From an uncultured Thermoplasmatales archaeon (GTDB lineage Archaea; Thermoplasmatota; E2; DHVEG-1): DNA of 64,000 nt. The notes beneath the pieces are model-generated. The model did not search any database. It was not told where the DNA came from and saw nothing but the letters and a program-made list of their open reading frames with translations. Numbering within the stretch: position 1 is the first letter of the stretch; every line of letters begins with the position of its first letter. The DNA lies in assembly GCA_964467345.1 (NCBI GenBank), contig CAYXPY010000001.1, forward strand, positions 82,986-146,985, in the 5' to 3' direction. The position numbers and the translations under genes were made by a program. Shown piece after piece: positions 39,447 to 47,467 of the stretch.

Positions 39447-40690
39447 TGAGTTTTCCGAAACCACCTGAGGTCAACATCGGGATGATTGGACATGTTGACC
39501 ATGGGAAAACGACGCTGACTCAACGGTTAACCGGAAAATGGACTGATGAGCATTCCGAGGAACTGAAGCGAGGTATTTCGATTCGTCTTGGGTATGCTGA
39601 CGCTGCTTTTTATAAATGTCCTAATTGTGAGGATCCCTCTTGTTATACGACGCAGAAAGTCTGTCCGAATTGTAAAGGTAAAACTGAATTATTACGTGTG
39701 GTTTCTTTTGTTGATGCACCGGGACACGAGACACTGATGGCAACGATGCTTTCTGGTGCAGCCATTATGGATGGGGCAGTGCTTGTGATTGCTGCAAACG
39801 AAGTCTGTCCTCAGCCTCAGACCCGGGAACATCTCATGGCTTTGGAGATTATCGGTGCAAAACGGATAATTATCGTGCAAAACAAAATCGACCTCGTCTC
39901 AGAGGAAGACGCAGTCAAGAACTATGAACAGATCGTGAAGTTCGTGAAAGGAACCTGTGCTGAGAGTGCACCCATTATTCCAGTGAGTGCGCATCATGAT
40001 ATTAACATTGATGTGTTGATTAAGACAATGGAGGATTACATCCCAACCCCAAAGAGAGATATGGAAAAACCACCGCTGATGTATGTTGCCCGGAGTTTTG
40101 ATGTCAATAAACCTGGGGCAAAACATAGTGAATTAAAAGGTGGTGTAGTAGGAGGATCACTTCTACAAGGGACGATTAAAAAAGGGGAACAAATCGAGAT
40201 CGCACCTGGGAGAAAACGGGAGGTGGAAGGAAAGGAGGTCTTAGAACCGATCTTTACCACCGCTCATTCGTTGATGACCGGTGGAACCATGACTGAGACG
40301 GCCTTACCCGGTGGATTGATTGCGATTGGTACCGAGCTTGACCCTACAATGGTCAAATCTGATTCATTAGCAGGAAAACTTGTGGGACGACCCGGACAGC
40401 TTCCCCCAGTGCTGGATACATTTGATTTATCGATGTGCCTTCTGAAACGAGCGGTAGGAACGGTTGATGAGAAGAACGTCGAACCGCTCAAGACCAATGA
40501 ACCGTTGATGCTGACGGTTGGGACCGCGACCACTGTCGGAATCATCAGTGAACTTCGTCCAAATTGGATCCGGGTGAAACTGAAACTACCGGTCTGTGCT
40601 GATCAAGGGCAACGTATCGCGGTGAGCAGACGCATCGAAGGAAAATGGCATCTGATTGGGTACGGGGAGATAAAATCCACAAAACAGTGA
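39446..40690 (+). CDS. eif2g: Translation initiation factor 2 subunit gamma (aIF2-gamma).
   Basis: G1 [10 protein letters not shown], zinc-knuckle insert [22 protein letters not shown]4 NKID. TAATG overlap with rps6e. Confidence 0.9.
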   Translation: MSFPKPPEVNIGMIGHVDHGKTTLTQRLTGKWTDEHSEELKRGISIRLGYADAAFYKCPNCEDPSCYTTQKVCPNCKGKTELLRVVSFVDAPGHETLMATMLSGAAIMDGAVLVIAANEVCPQPQTREHLMALEIIGAKRIIIVQNKIDLVSEEDAVKNYEQIVKFVKGTCAESAPIIPVSAHHDINIDVLIKTMEDYIPTPKRDMEKPPLMYVARSFDVNKPGAKHSELKGGVVGGSLLQGTIKKGEQIEIAPGRKREVEGKEVLEPIFTTAHSLMTGGTMTETALPGGLIAIGTELDPTMVKSDSLAGKLVGRPGQLPPVLDTFDLSMCLLKRAVGTVDEKNVEPLKTNEPLMLTVGTATTVGIISELRPNWIRVKLKLPVCADQGQRIAVSRRIEGKWHLIGYGEIKSTKQ

Positions 40691-41049
40691 TCTTGGATAG
40701 CAGTGCTATCCTGATGTTTTTTGAATTTTCTGTTGATTGGAAAAGGGAGCTTGACCGTCTTGTTGGCGCGTATCGTCTTGTGGTCCCAGCAGCAGTGGTT
40801 CGGGAGCTAACGGTTCTTGCGACTCAGAAAAAAGGTCAGAAGAAAATCCTAGCTGCTCTAAAGCTCATCGAGAATCTTGAAAGAATTGAGGATTCTGCAG
40901 GTTTGGCTGATGAAGCTGTACTGAATATTGCCAAGGAGACCCAGGGGATTGTGGTGACGAATGATTCGGTGTTGCGGCATCGGTTGAAAGCGCAGGGAAG
41001 CTTTGTGATTTTTTTACGGGGTAAGAAAAAATTGGTTGTGGATGAATAA
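40687..41049 (+). CDS. PIN-domain protein.
   Basis: (V)ILDSSAIL N-terminal acidic motif and ...[12 protein letters not shown]-terminal Asp motif. GTG start in a GTGA overlap with the aIF2-gamma stop; the ATG at 40645 would overlap by 46 nt. Confidence 0.6.
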   Translation: MILDSSAILMFFEFSVDWKRELDRLVGAYRLVVPAAVVRELTVLATQKKGQKKILAALKLIENLERIEDSAGLADEAVLNIAKETQGIVVTNDSVLRHRLKAQGSFVIFLRGKKKLVVDE

Positions 41050-41103
41050 GAAGGTCTTATGAAGAAAGTTTTTATAAACAGTCCCTATTCAGCATGCTAT
41101 CGC

Positions 41104-41221
41104 GTCGGGGTGGCTCAGCCTGGTCAGAGCGCCTGACTCATAAGCTCAGCTCAAAGGTTCGTCTGAAGCGTAGTTGCGCTAAGATATCAGGAGGCCGCGG
41201 GTTCAACTCCCGCCCCCGACA
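41104..41221 (+). tRNA. tRNA-Met (anticodon CAT; elongator or Ile2-type) with a ~43-nt intron at the canonical 37/38 position.
   Basis: Acceptor GTCGGGG/CCCCGAC, D-arm GCTC-AGCCTGGTCA-GAGC, anticodon stem CCTGA...TCAGG interrupted after CTCATA by 41143..41185, T-arm GCGGG-TTCAACT-CCCGC. G1:C72 argues against an initiator. Confidence 0.8.
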
Positions 41222-41444
41222 CCTTATTTAAATACTCAACAGGAGAAAAAACACCCTTTTTTCGTGACTGCACTCTGAACCCGCAAAAGGAAGGAATCTG
41301 AACCTGCAAGGTAATGACAAAAAGACTTAAAAACAAAACATGACTTCAATTTCAATTGAAAAAATTGCTTAATCTCTGTTCCTTCGGAGGATATTGTTTT
41401 TATAGGAGAACATTCATTTAAAATATTGATACAGGGGGAAAATC

Positions 41445-42110
41445 ATGAGTAGAAATCATTTATTTAGAAAAGGTTTGACGGCTGGAATTATCTCACTTTT
41501 CTTTGCAACTATCATTATCCCATCATCGTATGCAGATGATTCATTCACTTACTTCTCAGACAAAGAAAATGCAATACCCGCTAGTGCAGAAAATTGGTCG
41601 TATAGCAATTTTACGCTCCCTAATGTTCATATCACCTATGACCGCAACAAATGGAAATGGGGAGTTGTAGAGTTCGAGGATTCTAACCCGGAATTTGATT
41701 TGAATTACTCGTCCTTTGGGACTAATCCTGATTGGGTGAATGTTGGGTTCAATATAACGATTTTCTGCCATACGCAAGCACAAGTATTCCCAGCATGGTT
41801 TGAGATGGACATCGAGTTAGCCCCAAATGGAAGCATCCCTCAAGGCATGGGTGGTGGAGGCGCTATTTTGAGGAGATGGAATTGGACATCGCAAGAACAC
41901 TTGGCGTATTTTGCTATCACGAAAGACATGGTAAATACTGACGTTCAAGGGAAAATCGCTGTGGTAGGAATTCCACCAAGATTGTTTTTCCTATCATATT
42001 TATTCATTCCTCTTCACATATTTTGGTGGTTCGCTGATTTCAGAATGATCATTCCCTTGGAGGAACGACGTGGGGCTACAATGGAATTTACCATCCATGT
42101 TCATGATTAA
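41445..42110 (+). CDS. Secreted hypothetical protein with signal peptide.
   Basis: N-terminal LTAGIISLFFATIIIPSSYA signal-like segment. No recognisable domain. Confidence 0.5.
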   Translation: MSRNHLFRKGLTAGIISLFFATIIIPSSYADDSFTYFSDKENAIPASAENWSYSNFTLPNVHITYDRNKWKWGVVEFEDSNPEFDLNYSSFGTNPDWVNVGFNITIFCHTQAQVFPAWFEMDIELAPNGSIPQGMGGGGAILRRWNWTSQEHLAYFAITKDMVNTDVQGKIAVVGIPPRLFFLSYLFIPLHIFWWFADFRMIIPLEERRGATMEFTIHVHD

Positions 42111-42156
42111 AATCAATATATTTGATAGGAGATTATGATAAAGGAGGTAGGAAAGT

Positions 42157-43158
42157 ATGGATAAGAAACCTCTGATTGGAGTCAGTATCCTGGCTGTGGT
42201 TCTTCTTGTGATGGGTTCATTGAGTAATGTTGTTGGGTATCAAACACAAAATATTGAAAAATCACAATTCTTATCTATGAAAAAGACGCAAAGTTCAGCC
42301 ATCGATTCTTTTAATAATGAAACAGAATTAAAATATTACGATGTAGAATTATTAGATATAGTCTTGGGATTCGAACGAGATATTTGGAAATCCGCTATTC
42401 GACTGACTCAAGATGAGATGGCTGCCTATGCCGGGTGGACTTTGACAAAAGTCAACATTGCGTTTTGTGCAGATGCCGGGTGTTCTGTAGCAGATGTTCG
42501 GATTTATCTTTATGGCAAGGGAACAAATGTATATCCTGGTCCCCTTATTGCCAATGATACTGTATGGACAATAGATACAACAGGTATAACGACTGTACCT
42601 CTTGTAACATCCATCAATCTCTCTGACTATGAGGAACTCTGGATTGCGATTGAATGGACACCTATTGACACACAAGGTGTAGGTATTTTTTACGCTTGGA
42701 TGGACCAATTATCTGGGCCTCATGTTACAAATAAAAGCGACTTTATCTTCCTTAATAGCTGGGGCTGGACTCAATTGCATACAATCAATCCGGTATGTGA
42801 TGGTCGATGGGGAATAGGAGCAATTATTGAAGACACCCGTCCAACGGAGTTGATGATTGGGTATATCCATGGACCAGTTGGAATAACAACGAAAATTTCA
42901 AATATTGGTGTAAGAGATGCCGAAAATGTTTCTTGGTCAATATCGGTTAATGGTGGTTTTCTTCATGGAGTGGTTATTTTAGAAAGTGGAATGCTCTCGT
43001 TATTAGATATGGGTTCCTCTACAGGAATTAATGTCGGTATGTTCTTTGGATTCGGCAAGATACTAATTATAATAACTGCTGAGGCAAAGAATGCACCTGA
43101 AGTTCAAGCAATAAAAACTGCAATTTTACTTGGCCGTTTTGTCTTCAGAATTAAATAA
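42157..43158 (+). CDS. Secreted hypothetical protein with signal peptide/N-terminal anchor.
   Basis: LIGVSILAVVLLVMGSLSNVVG N-terminal hydrophobic segment. AGGAGG RBS upstream. Confidence 0.5.
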   Translation: MDKKPLIGVSILAVVLLVMGSLSNVVGYQTQNIEKSQFLSMKKTQSSAIDSFNNETELKYYDVELLDIVLGFERDIWKSAIRLTQDEMAAYAGWTLTKVNIAFCADAGCSVADVRIYLYGKGTNVYPGPLIANDTVWTIDTTGITTVPLVTSINLSDYEELWIAIEWTPIDTQGVGIFYAWMDQLSGPHVTNKSDFIFLNSWGWTQLHTINPVCDGRWGIGAIIEDTRPTELMIGYIHGPVGITTKISNIGVRDAENVSWSISVNGGFLHGVVILESGMLSLLDMGSSTGINVGMFFGFGKILIIITAEAKNAPEVQAIKTAILLGRFVFRIK

Positions 43159-43175
43159 AACCAAAAGGTTGGAAA

Positions 43176-44072
43176 ATGATGATAAGGAAATGGTTGGCAA
43201 TAGGAATCATTCTCTTGTTCGTTGGTGTGACCATAGCACCAACTATCAGCTTCAACACCGTGAAAGCATCCCAGGATGACGACTTGGTGGAAGTCACCAC
43301 CCAAGCATGCGGCATCCAAGGATATGGTGATACTACTGTGAAACTCACCAGGGAACAATACCAGAACCTGGAACAGTATCTGGTGGAGTTAAGAGCCAGG
43401 TTGAACCAGACAACAACCAGGGAGGAAGCAGCCCCCATCTTCAAAGAAGCAGTGGTGGAGCTGGATAAGTACGGGTTGTTACCAAAAGGGATGAGTGTTG
43501 AGCGAGCACAGAGGTTGGTGATATCCAAGTGTGTTAGTCAAAGGTCTGGAGAGTTATTAAAAAGAGTATTTGGAGGAAATCAAAATAGTGAAAATTTTAA
43601 TGAGTATTGTACAGTTTCTGGCAAAGTAACGAGAGCAAGATCTTTTGGTGCATTTTATCCAATTCGTCTCCTCTTATCAGTTTTAGGGAATAGAATTAGT
43701 GATTTTTGGATGGTCAGATGGGTATTTTCAGAAATCCTTTTAGATTTGCGAAGTATATATTTTCCCTTGTATTTATTTAGTGAATTCAGTATCGGTGAAA
43801 GTTATTGGTATTATCAAGAACAACATTATGAGTATTATCCCTCCGTTGGATGGATTTCATCTACTGGAACTAATGGTTTAATAAATTATACTGGAGAGTT
43901 TTATGGTCAAATACGAGAAATACCAACATTAAATTTGGGTCCAGTAGGAAAAGAAATCTATTATTCAGGTATCTACGGTTTTGCAGGATTTTGTATTAGA
44001 AAATCAAACGGTAGTGAGTTAATAGGTTCATGTCGTTTAATTGATATCGGACCTTCTCCCCCTGAACAATAA
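43176..44072 (+). CDS. Secreted hypothetical protein with signal peptide.
   Basis: WLAIGIILLFVGVTIAPTIS N-terminal hydrophobic segment. No recognisable domain. Confidence 0.5.
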   Translation: MMIRKWLAIGIILLFVGVTIAPTISFNTVKASQDDDLVEVTTQACGIQGYGDTTVKLTREQYQNLEQYLVELRARLNQTTTREEAAPIFKEAVVELDKYGLLPKGMSVERAQRLVISKCVSQRSGELLKRVFGGNQNSENFNEYCTVSGKVTRARSFGAFYPIRLLLSVLGNRISDFWMVRWVFSEILLDLRSIYFPLYLFSEFSIGESYWYYQEQHYEYYPSVGWISSTGTNGLINYTGEFYGQIREIPTLNLGPVGKEIYYSGIYGFAGFCIRKSNGSELIGSCRLIDIGPSPPEQ

Positions 44073-44126
44073 TCATATGAACTGACAATCTGAAATTGTC
44101 TGAAAATGATAATCTAAGGATCAACA

Positions 44127-44153
44127 AAAAAAAAAAAAAAAAAAAAAAAAAAA
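44127..44153. repeat. A27 homopolymer tract on the + strand.
   Basis: Twenty-seven consecutive A, 55 nt after the stop of the last cargo gene. No minus-strand gene upstream that it could terminate. Confidence 0.9.
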
Positions 44154-44341
44154 CTGTGTCAATACTTTTCCTCTGGTTTCTTAAAATCGACAAAATATTG
44201 GAGGAGCATTGAATCCCTGGCAATCATTCCCAGTGGGGGATTTTATGCCAGTCCTTCACTTCCCCCACGGGTGGGAGCACTGAAATCTTGGCACGCATTC
44301 CCGACAGGAGCATTATATTCCCTTTTTGGTGGGAGCTGTAA

Positions 44342-44369
44342 CCCCGGGGGTACATGTCCGCCCCCGACA
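44342..44369 (+). repeat. Degenerate direct repeat of the tRNA-Met 3' end (T-arm and acceptor). Candidate attR.
   Basis: CCCCGGGGGTACATGTCCGCCCCCGACA versus tRNA CCGCGGGTTCAACTCCCGCCCCCGACA. Confidence 0.45.
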
Positions 44370-44582
44370 TGCTATTTATTAGCACGGTTATTTAGAGGAG
44401 AAAAATCATTTTAATTAATTATTAAATGAACCGTTAAAAAGAGTAAAAACCTCGAATAAAAATATCTAATTGAATATTACATTTTATTATCTTCTGAGAA
44501 ATTTATCATTATTTTGTCCAACTTCTATGTGAATATTTTTTTATACTATGGATAGAGTATGAAATAAAGAGGCAGGTAAAAC

Positions 44583-46175
44583 ATGAGAAAAATACTACTA
44601 GTGACAATCATTCTCCATATCATTTTTGTAAATTCTGTCTCTGTTCTTGGAATTGTTGACACAGTTAAAACGACAATTGGTCAAGCCGAAGACATAGATG
44701 ATATCATCATTGATAAGATGGAACAGCGACATCTTCCTGGTTTGTCAGCTTCAATAGTAATTGGGAAAACCGTTCGGTGGCAAAATGCATATGGTTATGC
44801 CAACATAGAAAGAAACGTCATGGTAACAAATAAGACGTTGTTTAAGATTGCCTCAGTTTCAAAAACGATTACAGCAACTGCGTTAATGCAACTCTACGAT
44901 CAAAAGCTTTTCAACCTATCCGATCCAATAAACGAGTACCTTCCGTACCCGGTGATTCATCCACTGTATCCCTCAACACCTATTACATTTCACATGCTAC
45001 TGACACATTCATCTGGGATTAACGACAATTGGGAGTACTTGTTTTATTTTCAAGGTGATGCACCAATTCCTTTTCAGGTTTTTCTTGAGGAATACTTAGT
45101 TCCAGGAGGATTGTACTATGATGCTGAGAATAATTTTTGTCACTGGGAACCCGGAACAAGTTGGGATTATAGCAATATCGCTGTTGCATTGGTCGGTTAT
45201 TTGGTTGAAGTTATTTCAGGTGTTAACTTTACAGAGTATGTAGAGTCTTCGCTTTTTTCTGCTTTGGAGATGGATGAATCCGCGTGGTATTTACGAGATC
45301 TGAATGTGTCACATATAGCGATGCCGTATCATTGGAACGGTGCAGGATACCAACCCTACGGTCATATCGGGTATGTCGATGTTCCCGCGGGTGATTTGAG
45401 AACCAGTTCGTCTCAGCTTATCCATTTTCTGACGATGTTTATAAACAATGGTGTCTACAAAGGCCAGATGATTCTTGAGAATAGTACCGTGCATTTGATG
45501 TTAACTCCGCAGTTACTATTTCAACCAAATATCGGGTTGATATGGTGGAAAAGCTCAATCGGTGGAAGAACGGTTTGGGGACATAATGGGGTAGATTTTG
45601 GGGCACGAGCGATGATGCATTTTGACCCAAGCACCAATATAGGCGTTGTTGTACTTACCAACGGGGAAGGAGATCTTTCAGATATTTGTGATACACTTTT
45701 TGACTATGCAGAAACTATAGTAAATGTTCCTCCAGATGTTCCAATAATTAAGGGGCCAACAACAGGTAGACCAAATACGCTCTATACATATACCCTCGAA
45801 ACAATAGACACAGAAGGAGACGATGTATACTTTTGTATAAACTGGGGAGATGATACCGCCGAGGTTTGGATAGGGCCTTATGCATCTGGTGAAGAGGTAC
45901 TGGCAACTCATTCATGGTCAAAGATGGGTATCTATAGTATCAAGGTCAAAGCTAAAGATGTATATGATGGTGAGAGCGACTGGACTGTTTTGTCTGTAAC
46001 CATGCCAAAAAATGTAATTTCCAATTTAGAGGCTCATCGAATATTCAATTGGTTGTTTGAACGATTTCCAAACGCCTTTGCTATCATACGATGGATTCTT
46101 AATTCCTACGAATCGAACTTTATTTATCTTCCAATTTTTATCTTTTTTGGTGGTAACTATCACCCTAAAATGTGA
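44583..46175 (+). CDS. Exported beta-lactamase-family serine hydrolase with a C-terminal PKD-like domain and conserved tail.
   Basis: Signal peptide. S-x-x-K active-site motif ASVSKTITA. Class C beta-lactamase/PBP-like body. C-terminal PKD-like INWGDD...HSWSKMGIYSIKVKAKDV. Confidence 0.75.
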   Translation: MRKILLVTIILHIIFVNSVSVLGIVDTVKTTIGQAEDIDDIIIDKMEQRHLPGLSASIVIGKTVRWQNAYGYANIERNVMVTNKTLFKIASVSKTITATALMQLYDQKLFNLSDPINEYLPYPVIHPLYPSTPITFHMLLTHSSGINDNWEYLFYFQGDAPIPFQVFLEEYLVPGGLYYDAENNFCHWEPGTSWDYSNIAVALVGYLVEVISGVNFTEYVESSLFSALEMDESAWYLRDLNVSHIAMPYHWNGAGYQPYGHIGYVDVPAGDLRTSSSQLIHFLTMFINNGVYKGQMILENSTVHLMLTPQLLFQPNIGLIWWKSSIGGRTVWGHNGVDFGARAMMHFDPSTNIGVVVLTNGEGDLSDICDTLFDYAETIVNVPPDVPIIKGPTTGRPNTLYTYTLETIDTEGDDVYFCINWGDDTAEVWIGPYASGEEVLATHSWSKMGIYSIKVKAKDVYDGESDWTVLSVTMPKNVISNLEAHRIFNWLFERFPNAFAIIRWILNSYESNFIYLPIFIFFGGNYHPKM

Positions 46176-46203
46176 TATGCATCTCCCCGAAATATTTTTA
46201 TTT

Positions 46204-47019
46204 ATGAAACCATTAAACGCATCAAAGTATAATCAAGATGATTCAATGACTTCAATGAAACCTTGGTATCAAGCATTATTTGAGAATTACGCAAATACCT
46301 ATGAAAAAGAACCATATACAAAGGGAACTATTGGTGAATGTGATTTCATTGAAAAAGAAATTGGATATAATAAAGGTCTCAAGATTCTTGATATCGGATG
46401 TGGAACCGGAAGGCATTCTATTGAACTAGCAAAACGCGGATATCAGGTTACAGGAGTGGATTTATCTGATTCGATGCTTAAAAAAGCAAAACAAAACGCA
46501 AAAAAGTACCAGGTCGCGGTTAAATTTGAACAACATGATGCACGAAGTTTAGGATATAAATCTGAGTTTGATGTAGCTATTATGATTTGCGAAGGAGCGT
46601 TTTCTTTGATGGAAACTGATGAGATGAATTTCCAAATACTAGAAAATGCTTATCATGCCTTAAAATCAAAAAACAGTAAATTAATATTTACCACGCTTAA
46701 TGGATTTTTCCCTCTTTTTCACTCAGTAAAAGATTTCATGGAATCTGAAAAAAAGGAAGGGACTTCAGAATATTCTCAAAACAAGTTCGATTTAATGACG
46801 TTCAGAGACCATGGTATAACTACTTTTATTGATGATGACGGAAAGAAAAAAGAACTAACGTGTAATGAACGATACTATGTTCCATCTGAAATAACTTGGA
46901 TGTTGAAATCACTTGGCTTTACGAAAATCGACATCTTTGGTGCCAAGCTTGGAGCATTCAGTAGAGATGATCCATTGACCACCGAGGATTTTGAAATGTT
47001 GGTCATCGCAGAAAAATAA
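46204..47019 (+). CDS. Class I SAM-dependent methyltransferase.
   Basis: Motif I ILDIGCGTGRHS, post-I acidic VDLS, motif II. ATG at 46177 is an alternative start; the track's upstream extension overlaps the previous gene. Confidence 0.7.
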   Translation: MKPLNASKYNQDDSMTSMKPWYQALFENYANTYEKEPYTKGTIGECDFIEKEIGYNKGLKILDIGCGTGRHSIELAKRGYQVTGVDLSDSMLKKAKQNAKKYQVAVKFEQHDARSLGYKSEFDVAIMICEGAFSLMETDEMNFQILENAYHALKSKNSKLIFTTLNGFFPLFHSVKDFMESEKKEGTSEYSQNKFDLMTFRDHGITTFIDDDGKKKELTCNERYYVPSEITWMLKSLGFTKIDIFGAKLGAFSRDDPLTTEDFEMLVIAEK

Positions 47020-47053
47020 AAAAAGTGGTTTTATCTGCTGGTTTCACATCAGA

Positions 47054-47467
47054 TTATCCCTCAAACTCATCTGTTATTTTCTGTAACGCCTGGATGAGAC
47101 CATCTAATTGTTTGATTATTTTTAAAGCCTCTATTTTACTTCCTTTCAGTTTTATCCTGTTTTTAAGAAGGGCCATGGCAGTTCCAATCTTCCCTTCAAA
47201 AATATCCCGATATACTCCATAGTTCCCGGTGATGACAAAAACAGCATCCTTCCCGGTAAGTATACCCTCCGTGTGAAGAATAAAATCATGTAACCTGCCA
47301 TCGTTGAGTTCCAGATAGAAACTCATCATCGTATCCTTGGGAGGGACATGTTCGATGATGCCAAGTAACGATGTTGTCAAGTTCCCAAGATCTTCCACAG
47401 GATCAAGATTCTCATCGATATATCTCTTCCCGTATTCTATCCATTCATCTGACAGAAATTTTACCAT
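47054..47467 (-). CDS. SCP2 sterol-carrier-like domain protein.
   Basis: 137 aa. C-terminal GKIGTAMALLKNRIKLKGSKIEALKI resembles the SCP2 signature. Confidence 0.55.
   Translation of the reverse strand: MVKFLSDEWIEYGKRYIDENLDPVEDLGNLTTSLLGIIEHVPPKDTMMSFYLELNDGRLHDFILHTEGILTGKDAVFVITGNYGVYRDIFEGKIGTAMALLKNRIKLKGSKIEALKIIKQLDGLIQALQKITDEFEG

Larger units (their letters stand above)
41195..44369. mobile_element. Putative remnant of a tRNA-Met-integrated element. It is bounded by the tRNA 3' end (attL-like) and a degenerate copy of that end (attR-like). Cargo is three secreted proteins. No integrase is present.
   Basis: The exact 12-mer CCGCCCCCGACA plus flanking similarity (about 22/27) recurs at 44342..44369. 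Typical tRNA 3'-end target duplication geometry. Confidence 0.35.

Noticed and set aside
40645-40686. ATG-initiated 14-codon extension of the PIN gene, overlapping aIF2-gamma by 46 nt.
   Set aside because: The GTG at 40687 gives the typical 4-nt GTGA stop/start overlap and begins exactly at the conserved PIN N-terminal motif. The longer form is not excluded.
43996-44223. 75-aa minus-strand ORF containing a poly-Phe run.
   Set aside because: It is the reverse translation of the A27 homopolymer and has no coding features.
44200-44341. Possible SRP (7S) RNA or a tRNA fragment cluster in the GC-rich stretch.
   Set aside because: No match to the conserved SRP helix-8 GGAAGG.AGCA motif. No complete cloverleaf can be drawn. 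It is kept as an unclassified structured element.
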